Below are positions 28,673-39,179 of a DNA stretch of 64,000 bases, one piece after another. A program made the position numbers and the translations under genes. The stretch's first letter is position 1. Each line of letters opens with the position of its first letter. Under the pieces are notes generated by a model. The model was not told the origin of the DNA. It made no database searches and saw only the letters and a list, made by a program, of their open reading frames with translations. This DNA comes from an uncultured Nitrospiraceae bacterium (GTDB lineage Bacteria > Nitrospirota > Nitrospiria > Nitrospirales > Nitrospiraceae). Location of the stretch: the NCBI GenBank assembly GCA_963846575.1, contig CAWJWJ010000001.1:160001-224000 (forward strand). Direction: 5' to 3'.

Positions 28673-29527
28673 TTAGCGGACTACGAGGACTGAGCATTTG
28701 CTCTGCTGTACGACCTTCGTCGAAATACTGCCGAGCAAAAACCGCGCGACCGCGCCCATACCTTTGGCTCCGGTCACGATGAGGTCGACTTTCTTTTTGG
28801 CGGCCACCGTCAGGATTTCGTCCGCCGGCTTTCCCAGCCGTACCACTTCGTCAACCACATAACCAGCCTTCATGAGCTTATTCGCACATTCCTCGACGAG
28901 GCGGGCGCCGGCTTCCTTCAGTTCCGGATAGTTGAGAAAGGGGATAGCATGGGTAACCACGACATCGATCGGCTCCAACCCTTCACCCGCCTCCGGCTGG
29001 AGTCTGGTCAAAAGGAACCGCAATGCCTTGTGTGACGTTTTAGAGCCGTCCGTCGCGAAGAGGATGCGCTTCAACGGGCGCGGCTCCTCCTTCACGATCA
29101 ACACTGAACAGGGTGCATGGAGTGTGACCTGGGTGGACACGCTACCGAGCAGGAATCGATCAAGGGCATCCAACCCACGATTGCCGAGTACGATGAGGCC
29201 GTCTCGTTTAGCAGCCCGTTTGAGAATCGTCGGGCCCGGCGCGCCCCGCTCGGATAAGATCCTCCCCTTCAGCTTGAGGGAAGCCAGCTGCGATCTAGCC
29301 TCCACCATGACGCGCTTGCCATGAGCCTCGATGCGCTTGATTTCCTGCTTAATGAACGGCTCGTTGCCGATTATCATCGGTTGAAACATGACGGGGGCGC
29401 GCAGGGCCTGTATATTGGTCACATGTAGCACCGTGACCTCAGGGGCATCGGCATAGGGCAGCCGCGCGCTCCATTCCGTCGCCCATTTGGCATACTTCGA
29501 TCCGTCCGTCGCGATGAGCACTTTCAT
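28673..29527 (-). CDS. Tandem-domain universal stress protein
   Basis: Two USP domains (ATDGS...GNRG..LLGSVS; ATDGS...GAKG..LLGSIS). Confidence 0.95.
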   Translation of the reverse strand: MKVLIATDGSKYAKWATEWSARLPYADAPEVTVLHVTNIQALRAPVMFQPMIIGNEPFIKQEIKRIEAHGKRVMVEARSQLASLKLKGRILSERGAPGPTILKRAAKRDGLIVLGNRGLDALDRFLLGSVSTQVTLHAPCSVLIVKEEPRPLKRILFATDGSKTSHKALRFLLTRLQPEAGEGLEPIDVVVTHAIPFLNYPELKEAGARLVEECANKLMKAGYVVDEVVRLGKPADEILTVAAKKKVDLIVTGAKGMGAVARFLLGSISTKVVQQSKCSVLVVR

Positions 29528-29579
29528 AGGCCATCCCCCCCGTCATTGGTCGTCGTCCATCTCAATGTCGATGTCCTTC

Positions 29580-29595
29580 TGCAGGCTTTGTGCCG
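29580..29595 (-). promoter_or_regulatory. sigma54 (-24/-12) promoter of the USP gene
   Basis: CGGCAC-AAAGC-CTGCA, GG-N10-GC, about 55 nt before the ATG. Confidence 0.6.
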
Positions 29596-29755
29596 CGCAT
29601 CTTCGCCCCACGCGATCTCCGCGTCAATATCTATGTGCCTCTGAGTCTGCCGGACACCGCCAACCGGGGGACAACGATGCGGAATGGACCGCACGCCGGG
29701 ATGACGCCAGCGCCCTGGCGGCCTCCGGCGTCGAAACCCAGGTGTGATGCGAGGC

Positions 29756-32700
29756 TCAATGATTCAACGGCGCATGACGTTGTAGCAGGTCACAAATGGC
29801 CTGATGCAGTTGCTCCGCCGCCGATTCCTTGGTGAGATACCCTGACGTTCCGGCCTGCCGCATCGCTTCCTCCGCCTCGCGGTCGTTGCGCACCGACAGC
29901 CCGATGATGACGATCGAGGGATTGGATTCCTTGATGCGCCTAGTCGCTTCGATGCCGTCCATGGTGGGCATGTTGAGATCCATGACCACCACGTGCGGTT
30001 TCAAGGCCCCGGCCAGATTCACGGCCTCCAGCCCGTTGCTGGCCTCGCCGACGATCGTCATGTCCTCATACGAATCCAGAATACTGCGTAGCCCCTGACG
30101 AACCATGGCGTGATCGTCCGCCAACAGGACTTTCACGACGCCGGCTTTGGCCTGCCTCGGGTTGACAGCCGCGCGTGCGCTGCTCATGAGTCGAGCCTCA
30201 GGAAGAGCAGGCGCCTCGGCTCGGGTCGTCTCGCGGGTGTACGGAATCGCAATCGTGATCTGCGTCCCCTGTCCCAGAGCTGAATGAACCGTGAGATCCC
30301 CTCCCATGACCGCCATGCGTTCACGGATACTGAACAATCCGTACCGGCTCGACGTCGAATCACTTGACATGGCTGCAGTGGGATCAAAGCCCCGTCCCTG
30401 GTCGGCAACCAGGATGCGCAAGGTCTCGTCGGAGGTGACCTGCACGCGTACCGTGGCCCGCTCGGACTGGGCATGCTTCACCACATTCATCAACAGTTCG
30501 CGCACCGACTGATACATAAGAATGGCCTGATCGTCGGGTAGCGCAAGCCAGTGCTCCTCCGCTTCCACCTCCACGTTCAATCCATGCTGCTGCATCGTCT
30601 CGCCCAGCCAGTGCAACGCTTTGATCAATCCGAACTCATGGAGCACCGGCGGACTCAATTGGGCAACCAGGGAACGCGTGTAGGTTAAGGATTGATCCAG
30701 TAACTGGTCCAGATCACTCAGCCATTTTTCCTGTGCCAGACTGACCTGCTTCCGGCCTTGCGTCAGTTTGATGCGCCCCAGCACGAGCAATTGCGCGAGA
30801 TAGTCATGCAGTTCCGACGCGATCCGCCGACGCTCTCGCTGTTCCGTCAGGGTGACTTCGGTCGCGAGCGAGCGGAGTCGCTCCTGTGAGCGGGTCAGTT
30901 GCTCGGTCCGCTCCAGGACACGCTCCTCCAAATCGACCGTCCATTGCCGGAGTCGCTCCTCAGCCTGCTTGCGCTCGGTAATGTCCACACAGGCCCCGGT
31001 CATGTAGTCCGGCCGCCCGTCCTCTCCCAGGACGATAGGTTTGCCTCGCTCATACAACCAACGAACGCTGCCGTCAGGCTGAACCACACGGAATTCCACC
31101 TCGAAATCCGCGGCTTCACTCCGGCAGGGTTCGCAGGCGCGAAGCACCGTCTGGCGGTCGTCCGGATGGACCAATTGCAGAAACTGGTCGAACGAACGGG
31201 CCGTCTGACCGGCAGCGACCCCGAAGAGTTGGCCGACCGCATCATCCCACGTCATGTCGTCGGTGCGAAGATTCCAGCGAAACGTTCCCGTATGCGACGC
31301 GCTCAAGGCCACGAGCAGTCGCTCGGTTTTCTCTTGCAGGTCATCCTGCGCCTGCTTGAGGCCGCTGATATCCAGGTTGATGCCGGCCCAGCCGACGATG
31401 TGGCCGCCGTCGTCTCGCACCGGCACCCCACGCGCTAGAACCGGATGGTATCGTCCATCAACGCCGAGGAAACGATGCTCGCAGTCCCACACGTGGCCGC
31501 TCCGCACACATTCCTGCCAGGCTGAAATCGTGCGTTCGATATCCTCGGGGTGCAGCACCTTTCCCCAACCGAACTCAGCACATTCTTCCTGAGTCAATCC
31601 CACCAGCTTGAGAAAGGATTCGCTGGCATAGGTGTTCCGTCCTTCGGCATCACAGACCCAGATGCCATAATCGATGGATTCCCCGATCGCCCGGTACAGC
31701 CCTTCGCTCTGGCGAAGCGCGATTTCCGCGTCGCGTTGCGCGGTGATGTCCGTGTTCGTCCCGAACCATCGAAGGACCCGGCCGGCTTCGTCGCGGATCG
31801 GCACCGCCCGCGAGAGGAACCATCGATACTCGCCATCCCGTCCGCGCAGGGGAAACGTATCCTCCCAGAACTCACCGGTCGCCAGGCAGCGGCGAAACCG
31901 CGCTTCCACCCGTTCGAGATGATCGGGATGATGCACGGCCCGCCAACCCCATCCCTGCATGTCTTCGAAAGTGGTGCCGGTGTACTCGAACCATCGCTGG
32001 TTGTACCAGAAGATCCAGCCCTCGGCGTCGGTCATCCAGGCGAACTGGGCGATGTTATCGGCCATCGTACGGAATTTTTCCTCGCTGGCGCGTAGCGCAT
32101 CTTCGATTCGCTTGTGTTCCGCCAGCTCCTTCTGCACTGCCTTATACAAGTTGGCATTGTCGATGGCGACGGCGGCCTGCGCGGCGATGCCCGTCAGAAT
32201 CTTCTCGGACTCTTCCGAAAAAACACCCGGCTGGCTATGCCCGAAGAATAATCCGCCGAGCACTTCGCCCGAGCGTGACACGACCGACACCGCGAGGTAA
32301 CTACGGACCGGCAGGTGGCCCTTCGGCATGCCATGGTGCGGGGGCATGGTCCCGTAACGCGGATCAGTGAGAATATCCGCGACGCGGATGGGAGCCTCAC
32401 CGCGGAACGTGGGACCGAAGACCGGCGTGTTTCGTGGCATGCCGAACCCTTCAAACGCTTCCCGCGGCGCGCCGGAAAGCGTGAAGAGCTGGTAACATTC
32501 ACCCCGGTCATTCTGAACGTTGTAAAAAAATGCGCCGAATTCCGCCCCGCTGACTTCCCGGCCGGCATCGGTGACGGCCTGGACGAGCTTGTTCAGGTCC
32601 AGCTCAGCGGCAAGAGTGGTTCCCACCCGGTTGATGATTTCCAGCGAACGGGTATATTCCGACAATGCCCTGGTGGTGCGCAGCCGATCCAGGGCGACGG

Positions 32701-35700
32701 CCGTATACTGGGAAATAATTCTGACGAATTCGATCTCGTCAGGGTCGAATGAGGTCCTGCTGCGACTGGCAAAGGACAGGGTGCCAAGCAGACGCCCGCC
32801 GGCCATGAGGGGATGACAGGCATAGGTCTGGATGCCGAAGCCCCGGACGAGCTCTGCCTTGTCGTAACCGGAATGTTGAATGTCATTGGCGATGATCGGT
32901 TCCCGCAATTGCGCCACCGTGCCACAGATCGCCTGGCCGAAGTCGAGCCGTTCGAACGTTCGAGCCACTGTCTCCGGGAGCCCGGCCCAGGAATGGAGCC
33001 GCAAGGCCTTACCCGATTCATCCACCATGAAGTTGAAATAGGTATCCACTTCCAGGTGGGCCGCCACCTTGGGAAACAGCTCCCGCACAATCGTCTCGGG
33101 GTCCTTGGCGCTCAGTAATTGCGCCAGGGTTTCGGAGAGCAGCCGCATCCGTTCTGTCCGTTTGATGGCGGCCCTTTCCGCCTGCTTGCGCAGCGTGATG
33201 TCGCGCACGGTCGCATAGACGCGGCCAATGGTTAAGGCAGTCAGGCTGATTTCCACCTCGACGCCGGTACCATCCTTGCGGACCATGCGCCGCTCGAAGC
33301 GGATGATCTGACCACTCTTCACCGCAGACATCCGCTCATCGAACCGATCGCGCTCGTTCCGCTCATAGGTGTCGCGAACAGACATGCCCAGGAGCTCCTC
33401 GCGGCTGTAGCCCAGAAGACGGCAGGCCACGTCATTCACCATCACCAGCCGGCCGTCCAGATCACAGACGAAGATGCCGTCGTGCGCCTGCTCCATGAGG
33501 GCCCGGTAGACCGTCTCGCTATCGCGCAACGCTTCTTCCACCTGCTTGCGATCCGTGATATCGAACGTGGCCCCGGCCATGCGCACCGGCTTACCGCCCT
33601 CGCGGACGACCACGGCATCCGTGAACAGCCAGACCACCTGGCCATCCGGCCGCACGATGCGGAATTCCAGCTCATAGGGCACACCGCCGGATAACGAGGT
33701 TTCGATCGCCTTGCTCACCCTGTCACGATCATCCGGATGTACCAGGCCGGAGAATCCCTCCACAGTGCCGTCGTACTGATCGGGTCGTAGCCCGTGAATT
33801 CCATAGAGAGAATCCGACCAGGTGACATGGTTGTGCACAATGTCCCAATCCCACAATCCGACCTTTCCGGTTTGTGTTGCCAGACGCAGGCTCTCTTCAC
33901 TGGCCCGCAATCTCGCTTCAGCTTGCTTGCGATGGGTAATGTCAAGGTTGGTTTCCAAGACAAGTAACTGGCCATCCGATCGACGGGACAGGAGGTGGCG
34001 GCTCTCCACGATCACCTGCTTCCCGTCGCGTGTCATATGGACTAACTCTCCCACCCAGCGGCCCTCGCGCGCCAACTCCTCCTCAAGAGCTGCCGCGCCT
34101 ATGAAATGACCGGTTTGGAGCAGGTCGTGGCTCACCCGGCCCAGGGCCTCCTGCTGGGTAAAGCCATACAATCGCTCCGCGCCCTGATTCCAGTACGTGA
34201 TTTCTCCGCCTAGTTTCCAAATAAAGATCGCATCGTGGGTCTGTTCCAGAAGCGCAGCCTGATCCCGCACGAGCTGCTCCGCCTCTTTGCGCTCCGTGAT
34301 GTCGAGCACGGATCCGATGAAGCCCAAAAACTGACCATCGTCGGCAAAGCGCGGCGCGGCCGCGCCAAGGGCCCAGCGGACCTGCCCGTCGTGACGGACG
34401 AGGCGAAATTCTATTTGGAAGGGTTGGCGTTTGGCATTGGACGCAATGAAGGTGTCCCAGACGCGGGAGCGGTCCTCGACATACAGGGCCTCCGTCCATC
34501 CGATTCCCAGATCGGTCTCGGGTTGCCGACCGGTGAACTCATACCAGGATTGGCTCAGATAGCTGCAACTGCCGTCCGGTTCAGTAACCCACACCATGAC
34601 CGGGGCATGGTCTGCCATGTGCCGGAAGCGCCGCTCGCTTTCGCGTAGCGCCCGTTCCGACTTCATCCGTTCGCGATTTTGCAGATCCCGCTCGATGACG
34701 ACAGCGGCCGTGTGGGCCAGAAGCTCGACCACCGCATAATCCGCCGGCGAAGGGTTGCGAACCTCCGGGTAATACAAGGCGAAGGTGCCCAGGACCCGGT
34801 TCGAAGACCGTATGGGCATCGACCAGCAGGCGTGCAGCCCATGTGCCAGAGCCACATCGCGATAGAGGACCCACAAGGGGTCGGTCTCGATATTTTCTAC
34901 GATCACCGTTTCGTTACGAAACGCAGCGGTGCCGCAAGAGCCGACCGCCGGCCCGATGACCAGCCCGTCAATGGCCCGGCTGTAGGCCTCCGGCAAGCTC
35001 GGCGCTGCTCCATGGTACAGACGGCCACCCTCCTGATCCAGCAGCAGAATGGAGGCCATCACCCCTTCCTGGAGCCTTGTCTCGACCGTCTTCGTCAGCA
35101 CCTCCAGCACGTCGCGGAGTGGGGCGCCGTGAACCGCCAGTTCCAATGCCTTCTGCTGACTGGCCACAAGCAGTTCCATTTGCTTACGGGCGGTAATGTC
35201 CACAAGCACATTCATCACCCCGAGCGTGGCTCCGGTCCCATCCTTTATCGGATCCGGATGCACGAGCACATGGCGTCTTGTTCCATCAGGCCGTTCGAAG
35301 ATCAATTCTTCTCGAATCGAGCCCTCCTTGAGCACGTCCGCCCCCGGACATTGGTCGTGAGGGATCCGCCGGCCGTCGGACCGGAACAGCCGATGGGACC
35401 CGCACCATCGATCATTCACGAGATCCGGTTCACGTCCCCACAGGCTCACGGCGGCGGCGTTGTAGAGCTTGATGCGACCTTCTGCATCGGTAGTGTAGAG
35501 CGCGACCGGGAGAGTCTGGATGAGGCGGCGGTACCGTTCTTCGCTCTCCTGAAGGGTGGATTCGGCCTGTTTATGATCCGTCCGATCGGTCACCACGGCG
35601 ACGAATCCCCGAACGGAGCCGGTCTTGGACCGGTCGGGCAGGTAGGCGCAGTGGACAAAACGATGGCCGAGCCGCTCGTATGGCAAGTGCACTTCGAATT

Positions 35701-36382
35701 CGACCGCTTGGCCAGCCAGCACCTGAACAATATAGGGCTGGACCAGGGCGTGGGCCGCCTTTCCCAGGATCTCGACTACTCGTTTTCCGAGGATGTCCCT
35801 AACCGGGAGCCCCAGCCTGGCGGCATAGGCCTGGTTGACGAAACGGTACCGTTGATCCGAGTCACAATAGGCGATGAAGACCGACGCATGGTCGGCAATT
35901 AATTGAAGCTGCTCCTGGCTCTGTCGCAGCTCATCCCTCACCTGCAGATGTTCGGTGATGTCGATGGCCATGCCACCGACGAGGACCACCTCGTCGTCCC
36001 CGCCGAAAATCGGGAACTTGCTGACCAGCGAGCGGTGGAGCCCGTCCGCTTGCGGCAATTCTTCAATTGTCTGAATCGGCCGTTTCCCGGCGATGACTGT
36101 TTGGTCGTTGGCTCTGAATTGTGCGGCGGTGGCGGGAGGAAACAGTTCTTCGTCGGTCCTGCCGACGATCGCCTCCTGTGCGGCTCCGAGTGTCCGGCGG
36201 GCGATGTCGTTGACATAGAGATATCGTCCGCTGAGGTCCTTGACCCAGGCCAGACCCGGGAGATTTTGAATGAAGGGGGTAAACCAGGAGTGAGTCTCGT
36301 CGGGTGAGGGAGGCCGGAGATTACCGTCCTGCGTTGATTCAATCAACTTACCTTCTTCGCCAGCCCCCTCTTGTTTATTCAT
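29756..36382 (-). CDS. Giant cytoplasmic sensor kinase: about 10 PAS + 3 GAF + HisKA_3 + HATPase + NarL-type REC
   Basis: Repeated PAS/PAC motifs (DITE(R)K), GAF motifs (GSCGTAA, ACWSMPI), ERRRIASELHD, ELLMNVVKHA, YGLFSIRER, VLLADDH...MDLNMP. Confidence 0.93.
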   Translation of the reverse strand: MNKQEGAGEEGKLIESTQDGNLRPPSPDETHSWFTPFIQNLPGLAWVKDLSGRYLYVNDIARRTLGAAQEAIVGRTDEELFPPATAAQFRANDQTVIAGKRPIQTIEELPQADGLHRSLVSKFPIFGGDDEVVLVGGMAIDITEHLQVRDELRQSQEQLQLIADHASVFIAYCDSDQRYRFVNQAYAARLGLPVRDILGKRVVEILGKAAHALVQPYIVQVLAGQAVEFEVHLPYERLGHRFVHCAYLPDRSKTGSVRGFVAVVTDRTDHKQAESTLQESEERYRRLIQTLPVALYTTDAEGRIKLYNAAAVSLWGREPDLVNDRWCGSHRLFRSDGRRIPHDQCPGADVLKEGSIREELIFERPDGTRRHVLVHPDPIKDGTGATLGVMNVLVDITARKQMELLVASQQKALELAVHGAPLRDVLEVLTKTVETRLQEGVMASILLLDQEGGRLYHGAAPSLPEAYSRAIDGLVIGPAVGSCGTAAFRNETVIVENIETDPLWVLYRDVALAHGLHACWSMPIRSSNRVLGTFALYYPEVRNPSPADYAVVELLAHTAAVVIERDLQNRERMKSERALRESERRFRHMADHAPVMVWVTEPDGSCSYLSQSWYEFTGRQPETDLGIGWTEALYVEDRSRVWDTFIASNAKRQPFQIEFRLVRHDGQVRWALGAAAPRFADDGQFLGFIGSVLDITERKEAEQLVRDQAALLEQTHDAIFIWKLGGEITYWNQGAERLYGFTQQEALGRVSHDLLQTGHFIGAAALEEELAREGRWVGELVHMTRDGKQVIVESRHLLSRRSDGQLLVLETNLDITHRKQAEARLRASEESLRLATQTGKVGLWDWDIVHNHVTWSDSLYGIHGLRPDQYDGTVEGFSGLVHPDDRDRVSKAIETSLSGGVPYELEFRIVRPDGQVVWLFTDAVVVREGGKPVRMAGATFDITDRKQVEEALRDSETVYRALMEQAHDGIFVCDLDGRLVMVNDVACRLLGYSREELLGMSVRDTYERNERDRFDERMSAVKSGQIIRFERRMVRKDGTGVEVEISLTALTIGRVYATVRDITLRKQAERAAIKRTERMRLLSETLAQLLSAKDPETIVRELFPKVAAHLEVDTYFNFMVDESGKALRLHSWAGLPETVARTFERLDFGQAICGTVAQLREPIIANDIQHSGYDKAELVRGFGIQTYACHPLMAGGRLLGTLSFASRSRTSFDPDEIEFVRIISQYTAVALDRLRTTRALSEYTRSLEIINRVGTTLAAELDLNKLVQAVTDAGREVSGAEFGAFFYNVQNDRGECYQLFTLSGAPREAFEGFGMPRNTPVFGPTFRGEAPIRVADILTDPRYGTMPPHHGMPKGHLPVRSYLAVSVVSRSGEVLGGLFFGHSQPGVFSEESEKILTGIAAQAAVAIDNANLYKAVQKELAEHKRIEDALRASEEKFRTMADNIAQFAWMTDAEGWIFWYNQRWFEYTGTTFEDMQGWGWRAVHHPDHLERVEARFRRCLATGEFWEDTFPLRGRDGEYRWFLSRAVPIRDEAGRVLRWFGTNTDITAQRDAEIALRQSEGLYRAIGESIDYGIWVCDAEGRNTYASESFLKLVGLTQEECAEFGWGKVLHPEDIERTISAWQECVRSGHVWDCEHRFLGVDGRYHPVLARGVPVRDDGGHIVGWAGINLDISGLKQAQDDLQEKTERLLVALSASHTGTFRWNLRTDDMTWDDAVGQLFGVAAGQTARSFDQFLQLVHPDDRQTVLRACEPCRSEAADFEVEFRVVQPDGSVRWLYERGKPIVLGEDGRPDYMTGACVDITERKQAEERLRQWTVDLEERVLERTEQLTRSQERLRSLATEVTLTEQRERRRIASELHDYLAQLLVLGRIKLTQGRKQVSLAQEKWLSDLDQLLDQSLTYTRSLVAQLSPPVLHEFGLIKALHWLGETMQQHGLNVEVEAEEHWLALPDDQAILMYQSVRELLMNVVKHAQSERATVRVQVTSDETLRILVADQGRGFDPTAAMSSDSTSSRYGLFSIRERMAVMGGDLTVHSALGQGTQITIAIPYTRETTRAEAPALPEARLMSSARAAVNPRQAKAGVVKVLLADDHAMVRQGLRSILDSYEDMTIVGEASNGLEAVNLAGALKPHVVVMDLNMPTMDGIEATRRIKESNPSIVIIGLSVRNDREAEEAMRQAGTSGYLTKESAAEQLHQAICDLLQRHAPLNH

Positions 36383-36675
36383 GGTCTCTCTACGATCAAC
36401 CTTTCTTGCCTTGCATCGCTGCAGGCCGCGTCACCGGGCGAGCCAAGACCCGGTGAGGATCAACCGTGAGGCCTGAAAAACAAAGACTGAGCTGTTACGC
36501 GAAATCGTAGGAATCCGGCATTTCCGGGAGAATCTAAGTTTTCTGCACACATAGGGTAACGTGCAGGCGTCGGCACGAGGCCGCCGGTGGACGTTTCACG
36601 CCTGGATCCACCCACGATCGCCCCCTGCGCTTCACGCGTGACCAGGCATGTTACTCGGCTTCGGATTTGCTGCTC

Positions 36676-36697
36676 AAGCTAGGGACAACCCTAGCTT
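36676..36697. promoter_or_regulatory. Palindromic operator-like site upstream of the giant kinase
   Basis: AAGCTAGGG-ACAA-CCCTAGCTT with perfect 9-bp arms. Confidence 0.5.
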
Positions 36698-37547
36698 TCG
36701 ACTGGAATACCCCACCGCGCTCTGCACAAACCCTGGGATGGGGTTTCCTTAACAGATACCCCAGCGCAGGATGAGCCGCCGCAAGCGCACCCGGTTCATG
36801 TGTAACCGACCGGCCTTCGCCAGTCAGGAGCATGAATCTGGGACGAATGACTGCTGAACGGTCCTGCAGGGATCGTCGAAGGTTGCTTCCTTCTCCTAGG
36901 AAGAGCGCGGGTGTGAACTTTTTTTGGTGGTCGGAGCGGCTATGATTCGAGGTTTCTGAAAAGGCGGCAGTCCTGACTCGGTGCCAACCGGTTTGCAGCC
37001 GGACCGCTCAGTCCAGGCCCGGACGGCAGAACGGGAAGAGGCACGATGGAACCCGGCGATTAATTTAGGCGTCCATAAATCGCTGAGGCGCGCGGTGCGG
37101 CACATCCGATCGATTCATGCCCCCAATGCGACCGCGCACCCTCGCCGTGCGAGGATTGCCGCCAGGCCACCCGGCTCAGCAGGGACCAGACCGATTGCAA
37201 GAAATTCCAACTGAACAGTGACGGGATCGCGGGCTTTCCTGCGGCCCGACACCAGGAACACCACAACCCGGACCGTACTCTCCGCCCGGCTACGATACGT
37301 GAGGTTCGACGTTGAGTTCTCACAGATGACCCTCTTAACAATGTGTAAGGCACTGTTACAATTCCCACGCTTCCGTTGACGCGTCTCATTGTCTTGAACC
37401 GTACCACGCCAGACAGCGTCCGCCAAAACACAAAACGGTTTCATGCGGAGGCATGAGTCCATCTATGCGATGATTCGTTGACTTGCTTCGCGCGCTGATC
37501 CGGGGTCAGATGGAGCATGCCGGAATCGAGAGGGATTGCACGTTCCG

Positions 37548-38006
37548 ATGACGCCGAATCACCAGAACATACGGATCGAAATTGTCGAGTGGGGCATGGC
37601 CGAGTCGGCCATCAAGGCGGTACGTGCAACCGTCTTTATCCTCGAGCAGGGCGTGCCGGTGGAACTGGAGTGGGATGGCCTCGACCCGCTCTGCGCCCAT
37701 GTGCTGGCCTGGACCGATCGTGACCGGGCCATTGGAACCGCGCGCTTGCTGCCGCAGGGCACCATTGGCCGGATGGCGGTGCTGAAGGATTGGCGAAGGC
37801 AGGGCGTCGGAGCGGCCTTGCTCCGAAAGCTCCTGGAACTGGCGACGAGCCGAGGACTCCCGCGCGTCACGTTGTCGGCGCAAACCCATGCTATTGGCTT
37901 TTACGAACAGGCCGGGTTTCATGCGGCCAGCGAGCCATTCCTGGATGCCGGTATTCCGCATCGGAAGATGGTGAGGGATTTACTGCTGCCGCTTGTGGAC
38001 CCATGA
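37548..38006 (+). CDS. GNAT N-acetyltransferase (ElaA/YjcF type)
   Basis: VRATVFILEQGVP, IGRMAV, RRQGVG, AQTHAIGFY and FLDAGIPH motifs. Confidence 0.92.
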   Translation: MTPNHQNIRIEIVEWGMAESAIKAVRATVFILEQGVPVELEWDGLDPLCAHVLAWTDRDRAIGTARLLPQGTIGRMAVLKDWRRQGVGAALLRKLLELATSRGLPRVTLSAQTHAIGFYEQAGFHAASEPFLDAGIPHRKMVRDLLLPLVDP

Positions 38007-38125
38007 ACCCTTGCTGCCGGCACCGACTCACTGGCTCAAGCCAAGCCTGCCACCCGAAACCACGCCACCCGTTTCAGCAGCCCAAGCCGGGGACATCGCC
38101 CGCTTTTTTTCGCTATAGTGGGTCA

Positions 38126-39019
38126 ATGAGTTTCCGTTCACAGCCGCGCCCCGCCGCATCCGCTCGCAGGAGGCGAGGACGACGGATCACGGTGGCGGCC
38201 ATTCGCCGTCAGGCGAACTTCTGGCGGCGCGCCTTGGGATCGATGATCCGCGCCTTGCGGGCGTTACCGCTGGTACTCCAGGTTTTAGTCGGCCTGGCCG
38301 GCATCCTGCTGCTCGGCTCAGGCGCAAACTGGGCCTATCACACGTATCGGAAGCCGACGGAAGTCTTCTTCCCGCTCGCGTCTGCGCTCGACAAGCAGCC
38401 GTTTGAAACGTGGCGGGAGTACGGTCCGCTCTTCCGCGAACATGCCACCGCCGCCATCACACCCGACCTGTTGGCCGCGCTCGCCCAGGTCGAAAGCGCG
38501 GGCAATCCTGTCGCACGCACCTACTGGAGATGGCGCCCGACCTGGAATCCTCTGGAAGTCTACCGGCCCGCGTCGAGCGCGGTCGGCATGTTTCAGATCA
38601 CCGACGGAACGTTCCAGGAAGCCAAACGCTATTGCATTCATGACCACCGGGTGGTTCGAGACGGCCCCTGGCACGACCTCCACTCTTGCTGGTTCAACAG
38701 CCTCTATAGCCGCGTCCTGCCCAGCCATGCGATCGAGTTGACTGCGGCGCGGCTGGACCGGGCAGTGGCCGGCGCGATCAGAGCGGGGCGCAAGCCATCA
38801 CCCACGTTCCGGCAGAAACAGGATCTGGCCGCGGTGATTCACCTCTGTGGGCCTGGCGCGGGCCACGCCTTTGCAGCCAGAGGGTTTCGTCCGGCTCCGC
38901 ATCAGCGATGCGGTGACCATACCATCCAAGGCTATCTCGATCGAGTCAATGACATGAAGCGGAAGTTTGCCCGATTGGAGGCAGGCGGGAACCTCCTCCG
39001 GTTCGTCCGCCCTCACTGA
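38126..39019 (+). CDS. Membrane-anchored SLT-domain lytic transglycosylase
   Basis: TM segment, LAQVESAG (catalytic Glu), SSAVGMFQIT. Confidence 0.8.
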   Translation: MSFRSQPRPAASARRRRGRRITVAAIRRQANFWRRALGSMIRALRALPLVLQVLVGLAGILLLGSGANWAYHTYRKPTEVFFPLASALDKQPFETWREYGPLFREHATAAITPDLLAALAQVESAGNPVARTYWRWRPTWNPLEVYRPASSAVGMFQITDGTFQEAKRYCIHDHRVVRDGPWHDLHSCWFNSLYSRVLPSHAIELTAARLDRAVAGAIRAGRKPSPTFRQKQDLAAVIHLCGPGAGHAFAARGFRPAPHQRCGDHTIQGYLDRVNDMKRKFARLEAGGNLLRFVRPH

Positions 39020-39179
39020 TTGCCGGCGACCGTCACGGTGCTCCTGTTTCAGCCGCCACGTATGGAAGGAATCTGTTGCGGGAGAGGCGCGGCAGGAAGA
39101 ACCGGGAAATCGATGTGCTCCGGCCGCCTGCCAACGAAAACGAATGCTGCCGGCATGGCCAGGCGTGCTACAGTGTGCC

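Noticed and set aside
28147..28782. 211-aa ORF between the kinase and USP
   Set aside because: No family features, TTG start without SD, overlaps the USP 3' end on the opposite strand
36955..37110. Possible RNase P RNA or riboswitch
   Set aside because: Lacks the GAGGAAAGTCC and other conserved blocks; no known aptamer consensus matched
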